This document shows, piece by piece, positions 1 to 9,695 of a stretch of 64,000 nucleotides of DNA. Made by a program: the position numbers and the translations under genes. The DNA comes from Candidatus Multivoradales bacterium. Its GTDB lineage: Bacteria; Acidobacteriota; Thermoanaerobaculia; Multivoradales; Multivoraceae. Location: positions 1,312,001 to 1,376,000 of the forward strand of contig CBDCWI010000002.1 in NCBI GenBank assembly GCA_965223325.1, in the 5' to 3' direction. Each line of letters opens with the position of its first letter. Positions within the stretch are counted from its first letter, which is position 1. The notes beneath the pieces were generated by a model, which ran no database searches, was not told where the DNA came from, and saw nothing but the letters and a program-made list of their open reading frames with translations.

Positions 1-1095
1 GTCGGCGATCACCCGATAGGGGTTGATCGGCACTTCGTCCGAAGTCAAAAGCGGTTGCCAGCGCGCCTGCCAGACGCCGCGTCGTTCGGCGATCAGCGCC
101 TCGACCGGACCACGCTCGCGCGACGCTCCACCCGCCTCTTCGAGCAGCGCCTCGAGGGTGAGTCGGGCGTCGCCCAGAAGTGGAACGTCGGCGCGGAAGG
201 CAAGGTTGAGGTCCAGGGCATCCACCGTGTTGTGGATCAACCTCTTGGCGCCCGGGATGGGGGGAGCGGTGAAGTCGCGCGCCAGGCTGGCACCAAGCGC
301 AAAAACGACATCGGCCTCCGCCAGAGCCGAGGCGGCCATCGACGTCATGCTGAAACCACCGGTGCCCAGCGACAACGGATGGTCTTCAGGAAAGCCACTC
401 TTGCCCATCAAGGTGGTCATGACGGGGAGCGCCAACTGCTCGGCAAACCGAACCAGCTGCTCGCTGGCTCGCGACCAGAGGACACCCTGGCCGGCCCAGA
501 TCATCGGCCGCTCGGCTTGAGAGAGGAGCTCGAGGGCAGCGCGCACGGATTCGCGGTCCGGTCCGAAGCGCGCCGCCTTGATCGGTTTGTAGTCCAGCGC
601 CTCGCTCAATTCCTGACGCGCGACATCGACCGGAACCTCGAGCATCGCCGGGCGCGGCCGTCCAGTACGCAAGGCCGTCATCGCTTGCGCCAAGCGACCG
701 GGCAAGGCATCGGCCGATGAGGCCAGGCCGAACCACTTGGTTGCCGCCCCGTAGCGGGGGCCGGCATCGAAGGTCGGCTGAGTGTTGACCAGCTGACTGC
801 CCGGATGGCCGGGGAGAAACAAGACCGGGCTCGAATCCGTGTAGGCCTGGGCGATGCCCGCAAAGGCGTTCTCGACGCCCGCACTCTGCTGCACCGTCAC
901 CACCCCTAAGCGCTCACCGTTGGTGGCCCGCGAGAAACCGTCGGCCATGTTGCCGGCAACACGCTCCTGGCGCGCCACGATCGGCCGAATCCCGGCCGCA
1001 GCCAGCGAATCGAGGATAGGCGTGAACGGAAAGCAGAACACACACTCAACGCCCTCCCGCTTGAGAATCTCAGCCACAGCCTCACCGCCACGCAT
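1..1095 (-). CDS. Thiamine pyrophosphate-binding protein (acetolactate synthase-like); 3' end runs off the window
   Basis: Not in the ORF track because there is no stop in the window. Manual translation from ATG 1095 (SD AGGAGGAGG) gives MRGGEAVAEILKREGVECVFCFP...ARQERVAGNMADGFSR (TPP N-domain with catalytic Glu), then RPMIWAGQGV...LMGKSGFPEDHPLSLG (central domain). Confidence 0.9.
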   Translation of the reverse strand, partial: MRGGEAVAEILKREGVECVFCFPFTPILDSLAAAGIRPIVARQERVAGNMADGFSRATNGERLGVVTVQQSAGVENAFAGIAQAYTDSSPVLFLPGHPGSQLVNTQPTFDAGPRYGAATKWFGLASSADALPGRLAQAMTALRTGRPRPAMLEVPVDVARQELSEALDYKPIKAARFGPDRESVRAALELLSQAERPMIWAGQGVLWSRASEQLVRFAEQLALPVMTTLMGKSGFPEDHPLSLGTGGFSMTSMAASALAEADVVFALGASLARDFTAPPIPGAKRLIHNTVDALDLNLAFRADVPLLGDARLTLEALLEEAGGASRERGPVEALIAERRGVWQARWQPLLTSDEVPINPYRVIAD

Positions 1096-1144
1096 GCAAC
1101 ACCTCCTCCTGTACCGATGTCTTCTGCCCATCGTAGTCCCTAGA

Positions 1145-1210
1145 CCCGGGCATCTCCCGGGCATCTCCCGGGCATCTCCCGGGCATCTCCCGGGCGTTTC
1201 CCGGGCAATC
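1145..1210. repeat. 11-bp tandem repeat (CCCGGGCATCT) x6
   Basis: Four exact copies plus CCCGGGCGTTT and CCCGGGCAATC. Confidence 0.95.
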
Positions 1211-1319
1211 GACTGGGGTGATTCTGGTAAATCTCGGGCTTGGGCGGTCGGTGGCGGGTTCGAGATACCCTCTTGTGACTTCAAGGCGAGCGGCGCTATC
1301 CTAAACCCCTAGTTTCTGA

Positions 1320-1341
1320 GGTTTCCAGTGAGCTGGAAACC
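1320..1341. promoter_or_regulatory. Perfect 9-bp inverted repeat upstream of the diguanylate cyclase (operator or leader hairpin)
   Basis: GGTTTCCAG-tgag-CTGGAAACC, 80 bp before ATG 1421. Confidence 0.35.
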
Positions 1342-1420
1342 CCTTTGAAGGTTCCGGATTCCCCGGGAAGCCTGTTCTCTCCACGGTCTGCGATTCAAGC
1401 CACAAGAAGGGCTTCACGCT

Positions 1421-2737
1421 ATGAACGCAGAGTTCGCACAACCAGCGACCCAAGGCACTGAAACCTCGCGCCCCGAGCGCAACCCGCAACAGACCGCTAC
1501 CACGGGACGCATCGTTGTTTTTCAATTGGAGCACGCGGCGGACTTCCCGATCCGCGACGTCAGCGCCAACTTCGAAACGCTGTCGGGGTTCTCGGTACGC
1601 GAGGCGCGTGGCAATCCCCTGGCGCAGCTTGTCGAGCCGGAGTATCGTGAGCTGCTGCAAGAGAACTGGCAGTTGGAGACGCCACTGCACGGGCTTCGCA
1701 TCCCCTTGATGACGGCCGACGGCGAAAGCCGCCTGTGGCTCGAGTTCGATGCCTCGCTGGAACTCTGTCACCCGCGCGACGCCGGCAACGGGTTGCTGCA
1801 TCGCCACGCGATCGATTGCACGACGGCACACGACCAGCGAGAGACCAACCCCTGCGAGCGAGCGCTCGACCAATCGAGTCGGGCGGTGGCGATTCACGAC
1901 AACCTCGGGCAGATCCTGTGGGCCAACCGCGCCTATCTGGAGCAAACGGGCTTTGACGCCAAGCACCTGATCGGCCGCAGCGCGCCCATCGTCTCGGACG
2001 ACCGGCGCGACTTCAATCGCCGTCGGGAGGCGCTCGCCGCCGTGCATGACGGCAACCCCTGGCGCGGTGAGCTCAAGTTCGTGCGGGGCGACGGAGTGGT
2101 GCGTTGGGGTGCTGTCACCCTCGACCCGATCCGCGGCAACGACGGCCAGGTCGAGCGCTACATGTCGATGCTCGAAGACATCACAGACCTCAAAGAAGCA
2201 CAGCTCAAGCTCGAGCAAGCAGCCTTGAGCGACCCGCTGACCGAGCTTCCCAACCGGCGCGCCTTTCTCGACCGCCTTCAGTACGCGGTGGAGTCATCGC
2301 AGCGGGTTCGCCGCACGGCCGCGCTGTTCTACCTCGACCTCGATTACTTCAAGGAGGTCAACGACACTCTCGGGCATGGTGCCGGCGACAAGGTCCTCGA
2401 GACCGTCGCCCAGAGGCTGCGCCGCCGCCTGCGCACCTCTGATCTGGTATCGAGGATCGGCGGCGACGAATTCACCCTCCTGCTCTCCGACATCAAGAAT
2501 CGCGAGACCTGCGCGCGGATCGCCGAAGATCTTCTAGCCGAGGTCGCCAGACCGATCGGAACCCTCCGTTGTGACGTAACAGCGTCGATCGGAATCGCAC
2601 TGATTCCCGAAGACAGCGTCGAAGCGGACCGACTGCTTGAGAACGCCGACCATGCGCTCTACCGCGCCAAGGCCGCCGGTCGCAACCGCTACCGTTTCTT
2701 CAACGACCCGGCGCGGGCTTCGGCACCCAGCCCCTGA
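1421..2737 (+). CDS. PAS-domain diguanylate cyclase (GGDEF)
   Basis: PAS/PAC signature (WANRAY...WRGEL...EDITDLK), DPLTELPNRR, DLDYFKEVND, RTSD I-site, RIGGDEF, ADHALYRAK. Confidence 0.93.
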   Translation: MNAEFAQPATQGTETSRPERNPQQTATTGRIVVFQLEHAADFPIRDVSANFETLSGFSVREARGNPLAQLVEPEYRELLQENWQLETPLHGLRIPLMTADGESRLWLEFDASLELCHPRDAGNGLLHRHAIDCTTAHDQRETNPCERALDQSSRAVAIHDNLGQILWANRAYLEQTGFDAKHLIGRSAPIVSDDRRDFNRRREALAAVHDGNPWRGELKFVRGDGVVRWGAVTLDPIRGNDGQVERYMSMLEDITDLKEAQLKLEQAALSDPLTELPNRRAFLDRLQYAVESSQRVRRTAALFYLDLDYFKEVNDTLGHGAGDKVLETVAQRLRRRLRTSDLVSRIGGDEFTLLLSDIKNRETCARIAEDLLAEVARPIGTLRCDVTASIGIALIPEDSVEADRLLENADHALYRAKAAGRNRYRFFNDPARASAPSP

Positions 2738-2745
2738 ACGATTCC

Positions 2746-3375
2746 GTGGCGCCCGAAGAAATCAGCCCGGGCGACGTCGACTGCGTTCTGTTCGACCTCG
2801 GGGGAGTCCTCGTCGATTTCCAGGGAGTCGAAACGCTGGCACGTTGGACCGGTGATTCTTCGGAAACGATCTGGGATCGCTGGTTGAGCTCAGAGGCGGT
2901 GAGGGCCTATGAGCGCGGGGCATGTGACACAGGAACTTTCGTCCGTGAGGTCGTCCACGAGTTCGAGCTCGACCTCGCCCCGGCGGAGTTCGCCGAAGCC
3001 TTCCAAGGTGCGATCACCGGCGTGCTGCCGGGTGCCATCGACCTGCTTCGAGAGCTCAAGGGACGCACCCTCCTCGGGTGTCTCTCGAACACCAACGACC
3101 TGCACTGGCGTCAAATGTGCGGCTGGGGTCTCGACCGACATCTCGACCGCTTCTTCCTGTCGTTCGAGATCGGCGCTGTAAAGCCCGATGCGGCGATCTT
3201 CGACCACGTCGCCCACGACCTCGCCATCCCGCGCCACCGCATTCTCTTCTTCGACGACAACCAGCTGAACGTCGACGGCGCCCGCGATGCAGGATTCAGA
3301 GCGCAGCGCGCCAATGGTCCGAACGACTGCCAAAGAGCGCTCGGAGCCTTTCTCAAAAAACCGGTTCCCGGCTGA
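2746..3375 (+). CDS. HAD-family phosphatase (YihX-like)
   Basis: LFDLGGVLVD motif I, LSNTN motif II, KPD and FFDD motifs III/IV. Confidence 0.9.
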   Translation: MAPEEISPGDVDCVLFDLGGVLVDFQGVETLARWTGDSSETIWDRWLSSEAVRAYERGACDTGTFVREVVHEFELDLAPAEFAEAFQGAITGVLPGAIDLLRELKGRTLLGCLSNTNDLHWRQMCGWGLDRHLDRFFLSFEIGAVKPDAAIFDHVAHDLAIPRHRILFFDDNQLNVDGARDAGFRAQRANGPNDCQRALGAFLKKPVPG

Positions 3376-3466
3376 GCCGGCCAACAACGCTCGACCGCTC
3401 GAGGGCCGACAAAAAGGGCCATCTGTTGTACCATCCCGCCCGCGCCGTCCGGTCGAGAGGGCCCAA

Positions 3467-3541
3467 GCCGATGTAGCTCAGGGGTAGAGCAGCTGATTCG
3501 TAATCAGCAGGTCAGCGGTTCAAATCCGCTCATCGGCTCCA
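3467..3541 (+). tRNA. tRNA-Thr (anticodon CGT), CCA encoded
   Basis: GCCGATG/CATCGGC acceptor stem, D arm TAGCTCAGGGGTAGAGC, anticodon arm GCTGA-TTCGTAA-TCAGC, T arm GGTTCAAATCC, ends TCCA. Confidence 0.97.
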
Positions 3542-3614
3542 GCGACGCCCCGGAGAAACCTGGAACGCAAGATGGTCAGCCGCCGCCGTCGGGCTTGGTG
3601 ACCGTGACGGCAGA

Positions 3615-3854
3615 GTGCTCGCACACCAACCGAGCAACCAGGGGCGAGAGGCTCAAGAACGCTGGGGTCGCCACAGCGGTTCTGTTGGTGGTCGGGCTGG
3701 TTCCCGCTCTCCCAGAGAAGGTTCAGAAGAGTCCCGGGTCCTTGCCCTGATCCCTGCCCTCGCCTTGCCGGTCATGGCGCTGCAGGCCGGCTCGAGCGGC
3801 GGCCAACTGGTCTACGAGCATGGCGCAGCGGCGGCCTGGGCAGAAGGATCTTGA
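3615..3854 (+). pseudogene. Probable frameshifted remnant of a DUF2231-like membrane protein
   Basis: Hydrophobic pieces lie in different frames (RGERLKNAGVATAVLLVVGLVP and RVLALIPALALPVMALQAGSSGGQLVYEHGAA). The GGxLVYxHG ending resembles DUF2231 C-termini. No N-terminal half is present. Confidence 0.45.
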
Positions 3855-3900
3855 AGCCCCAGGAACGTTGAGCGGCTCACTTGCGCAGTAGGCCTCTTCC

Positions 3901-4494
3901 TCAGTCCGGGAGGGCACAGTGCCGACGCTTGCGGCACCGTGCCAGGAAACGTTCACAGGCCGGGAAGTCACCGAGCTGATCGGAACGGTGCGCCCAGTTC
4001 AAGGTGTAGGCGACGATGATGTCGGTGACCGAAAAGGCGTCTCCGATCAACCATTCCTTCGCCTCGAAGACCTGCTCGAAGACCGCGAGTCCCGCTCTGA
4101 CCTCTCGCCCGTTGGGCCCGGCGATGTCTGGCAGGCGCTCGGCTTCGGGGTAGAACCAGGTGTGCTTCGCCGTACTCCACAGCCAGGCTTCGATCTCGGT
4201 AAGAACGAAACTCGCCCACTGCGCGTGAAGACCACGCTCGTAGGTGCCCGTCGGCGCGATGAGGCCAGCTTCGGAGTGAAGGTCGCACAGGTACTCACAG
4301 ATCGCCGCCGACTCAAACAGCGGCCTGCCGTCGATTTCGATCGCCGGCAACTTCGCCTGCGGGTGGATGCGCCGGAGCTCGGTCGTGCCGATGAGCTCCC
4401 GGTCGGCCACCGACTCGAAGTCGAGACCGAGTTCGAGCAGCGTCCAGCGAACGCGCACTGAACGCGTTGGCCCGTATTCGTAGAGCTTGATCAT
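3901..4494 (-). CDS. Glutathione S-transferase family protein
   Basis: Start trimmed to MIKLYEYGPTRSVRVRWTLLELG; HPQAKLPAI...LFESAAICEYL; WLIGDAFSVTDI. Confidence 0.92.
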   Translation of the reverse strand: MIKLYEYGPTRSVRVRWTLLELGLDFESVADRELIGTTELRRIHPQAKLPAIEIDGRPLFESAAICEYLCDLHSEAGLIAPTGTYERGLHAQWASFVLTEIEAWLWSTAKHTWFYPEAERLPDIAGPNGREVRAGLAVFEQVFEAKEWLIGDAFSVTDIIVAYTLNWAHRSDQLGDFPACERFLARCRKRRHCALPD

Positions 4495-4582
4495 GGCGGC
4501 TTCCTGTTGATTCAACGGTGGGGGTTTTCTCGCCACCAGTGTAGTCGGCCCGGCCTGGCTGGCCCGCACCCTGAAAGAGAAC

Positions 4583-4624
4583 GAAACACAAAAAGGGTCG
4601 GCAACCGGGAGGCCGCCGACCCTT
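4583..4624 (-). terminator. Rho-independent terminator of the ALDH gene
   Basis: AAGGGTCGGC/GCCGACCCTT stem (4593-4624) followed on the minus strand by a T-rich tail. Confidence 0.75.
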
Positions 4625-4661
4625 CCCACAGTTCGTGGCGAACTGGCGAGATCGAGAGCCT

Positions 4662-6092
4662 CTAGGAGGCCTCGGCGCCAAGCACCGCCTTGACCTCGAG
4701 GAACTCCTCGAAGCCGTGCTCGCCCCACTCGCGCCCGTTGCCGGACTGCTTGTAGCCACCGAATGGCGCCGAGAAGTCGGGGCCGGCACCGTTGATATGC
4801 ACGTTGCCGGTACGCAACTGGGCGGCGACGCGACGGGCGTGCTCGGTGTCACCCGACTGCACGTAGCCCGACAGGCCGTAGACCGTGTCGTTGGCGAGCT
4901 CGATGGCCTCTTCTTCGTCCTTGTAGGGAAGGATGGCGATGACCGGGCCAAAGATCTCCTCGCGGGCAATGGTCATCTCGTTGTTGACGTTGCCAAACAC
5001 CGTGGGCTTGACGAAATAGCCCTTTTCGTAGCCCTCGGGCTTGCCCGGACCACCGGCGACGAGCTCGGCACCTTCTTCGATGCCCTTCTCGATCAGTTCC
5101 TGGATCCTGGCGTACTGAGTTTCGCTGACCACCGGACCGATCGCCGTGGTCTCTTCTTCAGGCCGCCCCACCTGGATGGCCTCGGCCGCCTCCTTGGCGT
5201 ACTCGAGAGCCTGCTCATGCTTCTCTGCCGGCACGAACATGCGTGTGCCAGCGTTGCAGCTCTGGCCACTGTTGGTGAAGCACGCCTGCACACCCCCCTT
5301 GACGGCAGCCTCGAGGTCGGCGTCGTCGAGAACGATATTGGCCGACTTGCCGCCGAGCTCCTGGGCGACGCGCTTGATCGTGTCGGCAGCGGCCTTGGCG
5401 ACTTCGCGCCCGGCGCGCGTCGAACCTGTGAAGGAGACCATGTCGATGTCGGGGTGCTCGGAGAGCGCGGCACCGACGGTTGGCCCGTCGCCATTGACCA
5501 GGTTGAAGACACCGGCAGGCACGCCCGCGTCATGGAGAATCTCCGCCAGGAGAATGCCCGAGAGCGGCGCCACTTCGCTGGGCTTGAGAACCATCGTGCA
5601 ACCAGCCGCTAGAGCAGGGGCGACTTTGCAGGCGATCTGGTTGACCGGCCAGTTCCAGGGAGTGATCAAACCGCAAACACCAACTGGCTCCTTCATCAGG
5701 AGCGTCGAACCGCGCTGCTCGGTGAACTCGTAGCCGGAGAGAATCTCGAGGGCGCCCGCAAAGTGCGCCAAGCCCGACGGAGCCTGGGCGTACTTGGCCA
5801 GCTTGGCCGGCGCGCCCATCTCGAGCGAGATCACATCGGCCATTTCCTGCAGGCGTTCCTGGTAGCCAGCGACAATGCGCTGCAAGAGCTCAACCCGTTC
5901 CTGCTTACTGGTCTGTGAGAACGACGGAAACGCCGCCTTGGCCGCTCCGACCGCGGAATCGACATCGGCCTGTGAGCCAAGGCTGATGCGGCCGGCGAGC
6001 TCTTCGGTGGAGGGGTTGATGACGTCGAGGGTCCTGGGCTCAGCCGGATCGACCCAGGCTCCGTTGATGTAGAACTGCAGGGCTTCTTTCAT
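4662..6092 (-). CDS. Aldehyde dehydrogenase family protein
   Basis: Start MKEALQFYING; ITPWNWP, KPSE, FTGS, ELGGKS, catalytic Cys in NSGQSC, EEIFGP, PFGGYKQSG. Confidence 0.96.
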   Translation of the reverse strand: MKEALQFYINGAWVDPAEPRTLDVINPSTEELAGRISLGSQADVDSAVGAAKAAFPSFSQTSKQERVELLQRIVAGYQERLQEMADVISLEMGAPAKLAKYAQAPSGLAHFAGALEILSGYEFTEQRGSTLLMKEPVGVCGLITPWNWPVNQIACKVAPALAAGCTMVLKPSEVAPLSGILLAEILHDAGVPAGVFNLVNGDGPTVGAALSEHPDIDMVSFTGSTRAGREVAKAAADTIKRVAQELGGKSANIVLDDADLEAAVKGGVQACFTNSGQSCNAGTRMFVPAEKHEQALEYAKEAAEAIQVGRPEEETTAIGPVVSETQYARIQELIEKGIEEGAELVAGGPGKPEGYEKGYFVKPTVFGNVNNEMTIAREEIFGPVIAILPYKDEEEAIELANDTVYGLSGYVQSGDTEHARRVAAQLRTGNVHINGAGPDFSAPFGGYKQSGNGREWGEHGFEEFLEVKAVLGAEAS

Positions 6093-6384
6093 GATGGGTG
6101 ACCTCTGTTGCGGAGGAGCCGTGACTCCTCGGGGGTTGCGGGGTGGTATGAGCTGGGCTTCTCCACTGGCGACCGCCACGAGCAGAAGCACGCTGGCGCA
6201 CAGGATCCGAACCAAGGGAATCTCGCTGGCGGAGAACACCTAGGATCGCAGGATCCGCCCTCGATTTCCACCCCCGCGCCGCCGTGGACCCGCGCACACC
6301 CTTGAACCATTAGCATTCCGGGGTCACCGGAAACACCGGATCGACGCGACCCCGCTGTCACCTCCGACAGCGAAGGAGTTCGAA

Positions 6385-6849
6385 GTGGCTGGTTTGTACC
6401 TGGAAGAGCTCGAGATTGACGCCAGAATCGAGCATTTGCCGCACCGTACGGTCACCGAGACCGACAACCTCCTCTTCTCCACCATGACCCACAACGCGCA
6501 GCCGCTGCATGTGGACGCTGAGTTCGCGGGGCAGTCCCTGCACGGCCAGATCCTGGTCAACAGCATGTGGACCCTCGCCTACGTAGTGGGCGTCTCGGTG
6601 GCCGATACGACCCTCGGCACGACTCTGGGCAACCTCGGCTTCGAGGCGATCGAGTTCCCCAACCCGGTCTTTATCGGCGACACCATCTGCGCCGCGACCC
6701 GGGTCGTCAAGAAGCGCGAATCGAAGAGCAAGCCTGACCGCGGCATCGTGGTGTTCGAACACATCGGGACCAACCAGCGCGGTGAAGTCGTCTGCACCGC
6801 GGTGCGCAAAGCGATGATGCTTCGCCTGCCCGCTGGCCAGGAAAGCTGA
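6385..6849 (+). CDS. MaoC-family dehydratase
   Basis: GLYLEE, RTVTETDN...HNAQPLHVDAEFA, FPNPVFIGDT hot-dog fold motifs. Confidence 0.92.
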   Translation: MAGLYLEELEIDARIEHLPHRTVTETDNLLFSTMTHNAQPLHVDAEFAGQSLHGQILVNSMWTLAYVVGVSVADTTLGTTLGNLGFEAIEFPNPVFIGDTICAATRVVKKRESKSKPDRGIVVFEHIGTNQRGEVVCTAVRKAMMLRLPAGQES

Positions 6850-6855
6850 GCGCCC

Positions 6856-7773
6856 GTGGCTCGTCTGAGGCGTTCGCTCCACTTCGTGCCCGGCGCCAAC
6901 GAGCGCATGCTCGAGAAGTCGCTCCTAAGCGCTGCCGACTCGCTGGTTCTCGATCTCGAAGACGCGGTCACTCCCGACAACAAGGACAGCGCCCGAGCCA
7001 CCGTTGCCAGTTGGCTTGCCACCCGTGACTTCGGCCGCCAGGAGCGCACCGTGCGCATGAACCCCCTGCACTCGCCATGGGGCCGGGCAGATCTCGAGGC
7101 GACGATGACGCACCCGCCAGACGCCTACCTGGTGCCCAAGGCCGAGGGCCTCGCGGACATTGAAGCCATCGACGAGCACCTGAGCGCCCTGGAAAAGCAA
7201 TACGGCCACCCCCACCGCGGCGTCGGATTGATTCCCATCGCCACTGAAACTCCACGCGGCGTGCTCGAGATCGCCGCCATCGCAGCGCACCCACGAGTCA
7301 TCGCAATCACCTGGGGAGCAGAAGACCTCTCAGCCGCCCTCGGCGCGCGCCAGAACCGCGACGCCAACGGCCGCTTTCTGCCAGTCTTCGAGCACTGCCG
7401 CACGATGGCTTTGCTAGCAGGAGCTGCGGCTGGCATTCCGGCGCTCGATACGGTGTTCGTCGACGTGCGCGACAAGGAGGGCCTGGAGCGCGAAGCCCGC
7501 GAAGCGGCGGCGGTCGGTTGGAGCGGCAAGATGAGCATTCACCCGGCCCAGCTCGAGGCCATCCATGCGGCGTTCAGCCCGAGCCCAGAAGAGGTCGCGG
7601 GCGCCGAGGCCCTCTTGGCCGCCTTCCTGGAACATCAGGCCGAGGGTCGGATGGCGTTCACCTGGCAAGGCCAGATGGTCGACGGGCCCCATCTCGAGCG
7701 TGCCCGCCGCCTTCTCGAGCGCGCCCGAAGAACCAGCGAAGCAGAGGGCACCGCAGAGGGCACCAGCCCTTGA
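6856..7773 (+). CDS. CitE/HpcH-family CoA-ester lyase
   Basis: [45 protein letters not shown]. Confidence 0.92.
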   Translation: MARLRRSLHFVPGANERMLEKSLLSAADSLVLDLEDAVTPDNKDSARATVASWLATRDFGRQERTVRMNPLHSPWGRADLEATMTHPPDAYLVPKAEGLADIEAIDEHLSALEKQYGHPHRGVGLIPIATETPRGVLEIAAIAAHPRVIAITWGAEDLSAALGARQNRDANGRFLPVFEHCRTMALLAGAAAGIPALDTVFVDVRDKEGLEREAREAAAVGWSGKMSIHPAQLEAIHAAFSPSPEEVAGAEALLAAFLEHQAEGRMAFTWQGQMVDGPHLERARRLLERARRTSEAEGTAEGTSP

Positions 7774-8138
7774 TGCCGCCGGTCATCAATCTCGACGAGA
7801 AGCTGGCTCTCTTCGCCGAGCACTGGCAGCCTCGGATCGTTGCAGGGCTCAACGATTACCACCTCAAGGTAGCCAAGGTCGAGGGGTCCTTCGATTGGCA
7901 CAGCCACCCCGAAACCGACGAGGTCTTCATGGTGCTCGCCGGCGAACTGACGATCGACTTCCGCGACGGTTCACGCGTGCTAGCACCCGGCGAAGTGATC
8001 GTGGTTCCGAAAGGCGTTCTGCATCGACCTCATGCCGATACGGAATGCCACATCCTACTCATCGAACCTGCTGGCACCAGAAACACGGGCGACAACGAAG
8101 ATTCGGAGAAGACTGCGGCCAACGACGTCTGGATCTGA
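7773..8138 (+). CDS. Cupin-domain protein
   Basis: ATG overlaps the upstream TGA. INLDEKL...[42 protein letters not shown]. Confidence 0.9.
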   Translation: MPPVINLDEKLALFAEHWQPRIVAGLNDYHLKVAKVEGSFDWHSHPETDEVFMVLAGELTIDFRDGSRVLAPGEVIVVPKGVLHRPHADTECHILLIEPAGTRNTGDNEDSEKTAANDVWI

Positions 8139-8169
8139 ACCGCGGAAGACCTCGTAGCAACCCCAGCTC

Positions 8170-8619
8170 ATGCGCTACGTCCACACCAACATCATCGCCC
8201 GCGACTGGCCCAGCCTTGCAGACTTCTACGCCCAGGTGTTCGAGTGCGAGTTTGTCCCACCGGAGCGCAACCAGGCCGGCAACTGGCTCGCAAGAGGAAC
8301 CGGTGTCGCCGGAGCTGCCCTCGAAGGCGTCCACCTGCTCTTGCCGGGCCATGGCCCAACGGGCCCCACGCTCGAGATCTACAGCTATCGGCAGATGCTC
8401 GACGGGCCTCCGGTACCGGCAGCCAACCGGCGCGGTCTCGGGCACCTCGCCTTCGAGGTCGACGACGTCGCCTCGACCCTGACCAGAGTTCTCGAGCGCG
8501 GTGGGAGCGCGCTCGGCGAGATCACGGAGCGCGACATCCAAGGTGTCGGCAAGCTGACCTTCGTCTACGCCACCGACCCTGAAGGCAACATCCTCGAGCT
8601 CCAGAGCTGGTCGACCTAG
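8170..8619 (+). CDS. VOC/glyoxalase family protein
   Basis: HTNIIARD...FY, GLGHLAFEVDDV, YATDPEGNILELQ. Confidence 0.92.
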   Translation: MRYVHTNIIARDWPSLADFYAQVFECEFVPPERNQAGNWLARGTGVAGAALEGVHLLLPGHGPTGPTLEIYSYRQMLDGPPVPAANRRGLGHLAFEVDDVASTLTRVLERGGSALGEITERDIQGVGKLTFVYATDPEGNILELQSWST

Positions 8620-9083
8620 GCGTCGCCCTCATTCTTTTTCGGCCGCACCAACATGACGCCACCCAGGTAGGCCCCGAAGGCACCAACGAACGGAATGACC
8701 CAGTTGAACCAGGTGGGCTGCACAGCATGCTGACCTGCCTCCATGAAGGTCATCTCCGCCACCGGTTTGTTGATCGGCTCACGATTCGAAGTCACGCGAT
8801 TCGCCGATAGCGCCGTCATCACCCCGATTGCGACCAGCATGGTGACCAAGAGTGACACCGCCCGCGGCCCCCGCCCCACCTTACGCGCCACCACACCCCC
8901 AACCAGCGCGGCGAGGAAACCAAACACCAGCGCAAAACCGACCCAGGCACCGGACGGCGCCGGCCCCTCCCCCTCAAACGCCCCGGTCCCACCGAGCACT
9001 CCCCAAGCCACTGCCATTCCTGCCATCACCACAACCGCCATCAGCAGGTAACCAAGAACGGCCGCCAGAATCGAGCGCAACAT
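8616..9083 (-). CDS. Membrane protein (about 4 TM helices), function unknown
   Basis: SD GGAGG; MLRSILAAVLGY start; alternating hydrophobic segments. Confidence 0.8.
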   Translation of the reverse strand: MLRSILAAVLGYLLMAVVVMAGMAVAWGVLGGTGAFEGEGPAPSGAWVGFALVFGFLAALVGGVVARKVGRGPRAVSLLVTMLVAIGVMTALSANRVTSNREPINKPVAEMTFMEAGQHAVQPTWFNWVIPFVGAFGAYLGGVMLVRPKKNEGDA

Positions 9084-9174
9084 CGCAACGCCTCCGTTTT
9101 GTCAGAAAGTTGGATTGATGCTACCCCGCGGATTCACGCCTCCAAGGAAGCAACCAGGCGGGAGCCCTCCGCGC

Positions 9175-9552
9175 AAGTCGCCGAAGGCGCGCGCATGAAA
9201 GCGCGGCGTGCGAAGCACGAGCGCGTCACCCCCCTCATCCAGACTTGAGCCGGACGAGGGTCCTGAGGGCGGGGCGGGGGATTCACGACCCCCAGGGAGC
9301 AGTCAGGCGGGAAAGGCGCAGGATCCGACTTGGGTTTCCGCGGGGTGCGGGCGGGATCAGGGCTGGCAAGTGTTTGAGCGATGGGTTTTCTGGAGGCTGG
9401 GACCCCCACCAACGCCGAAGACGCCTGGTCACCGACACCCCCCACGCCGAAGCTTCGCGAGTTTTGCCAGCCCCCCGCACGTGCCCCGCGGAAACCCTAG
9501 TCGGATGCGCCGGCCGCCGCTCCCTGGGGGTCGTGAATCCCCCGTCCCGCCC
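9175..9552 (+). repeat. Dispersed repeat copy A: leader motif (9175-9234) plus long imperfect palindrome (9267-9552)
   Basis: GTCGCCGAAGGCGCG...GAAAGCGCG..GTGCGAAGCACGAGCGC. Outer arms of 34 bp with 1 mismatch, plus two inner stems. Confidence 0.9.
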
Positions 9553-9639
9553 GGCGCAGTCCACAACCTCACCCAACCAGCACAAAACAACGCCGTCCCA
9601 GGAACCAACAACCAGGATCAGTAGCCACCAACCACCAAT

Positions 9640-9694
9640 GACCAAAGACCAAAGACCAACGACCAACGACCAACGACCAACCAGAAACCAGAAA
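9640..9694. repeat. Heptamer microsatellite (GACCAA[A/C])n followed by CCAGAAA x2
   Basis: GACCAAA x2 and GACCAAC x4, directly after the SNF2 stop codon. Confidence 0.85.
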
Positions 9695-9695
9695 C

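Noticed and set aside
23-1312. Plus-strand ORFs 23-520, 55-720 and 854-1312
   Set aside because: Antisense shadows of the minus-strand TPP enzyme gene.
3467-3541. Integrated element at tRNA-Thr
   Set aside because: No integrase and no convincing repeat of the tRNA 3' end; only a 10-bp chance match near 53207.
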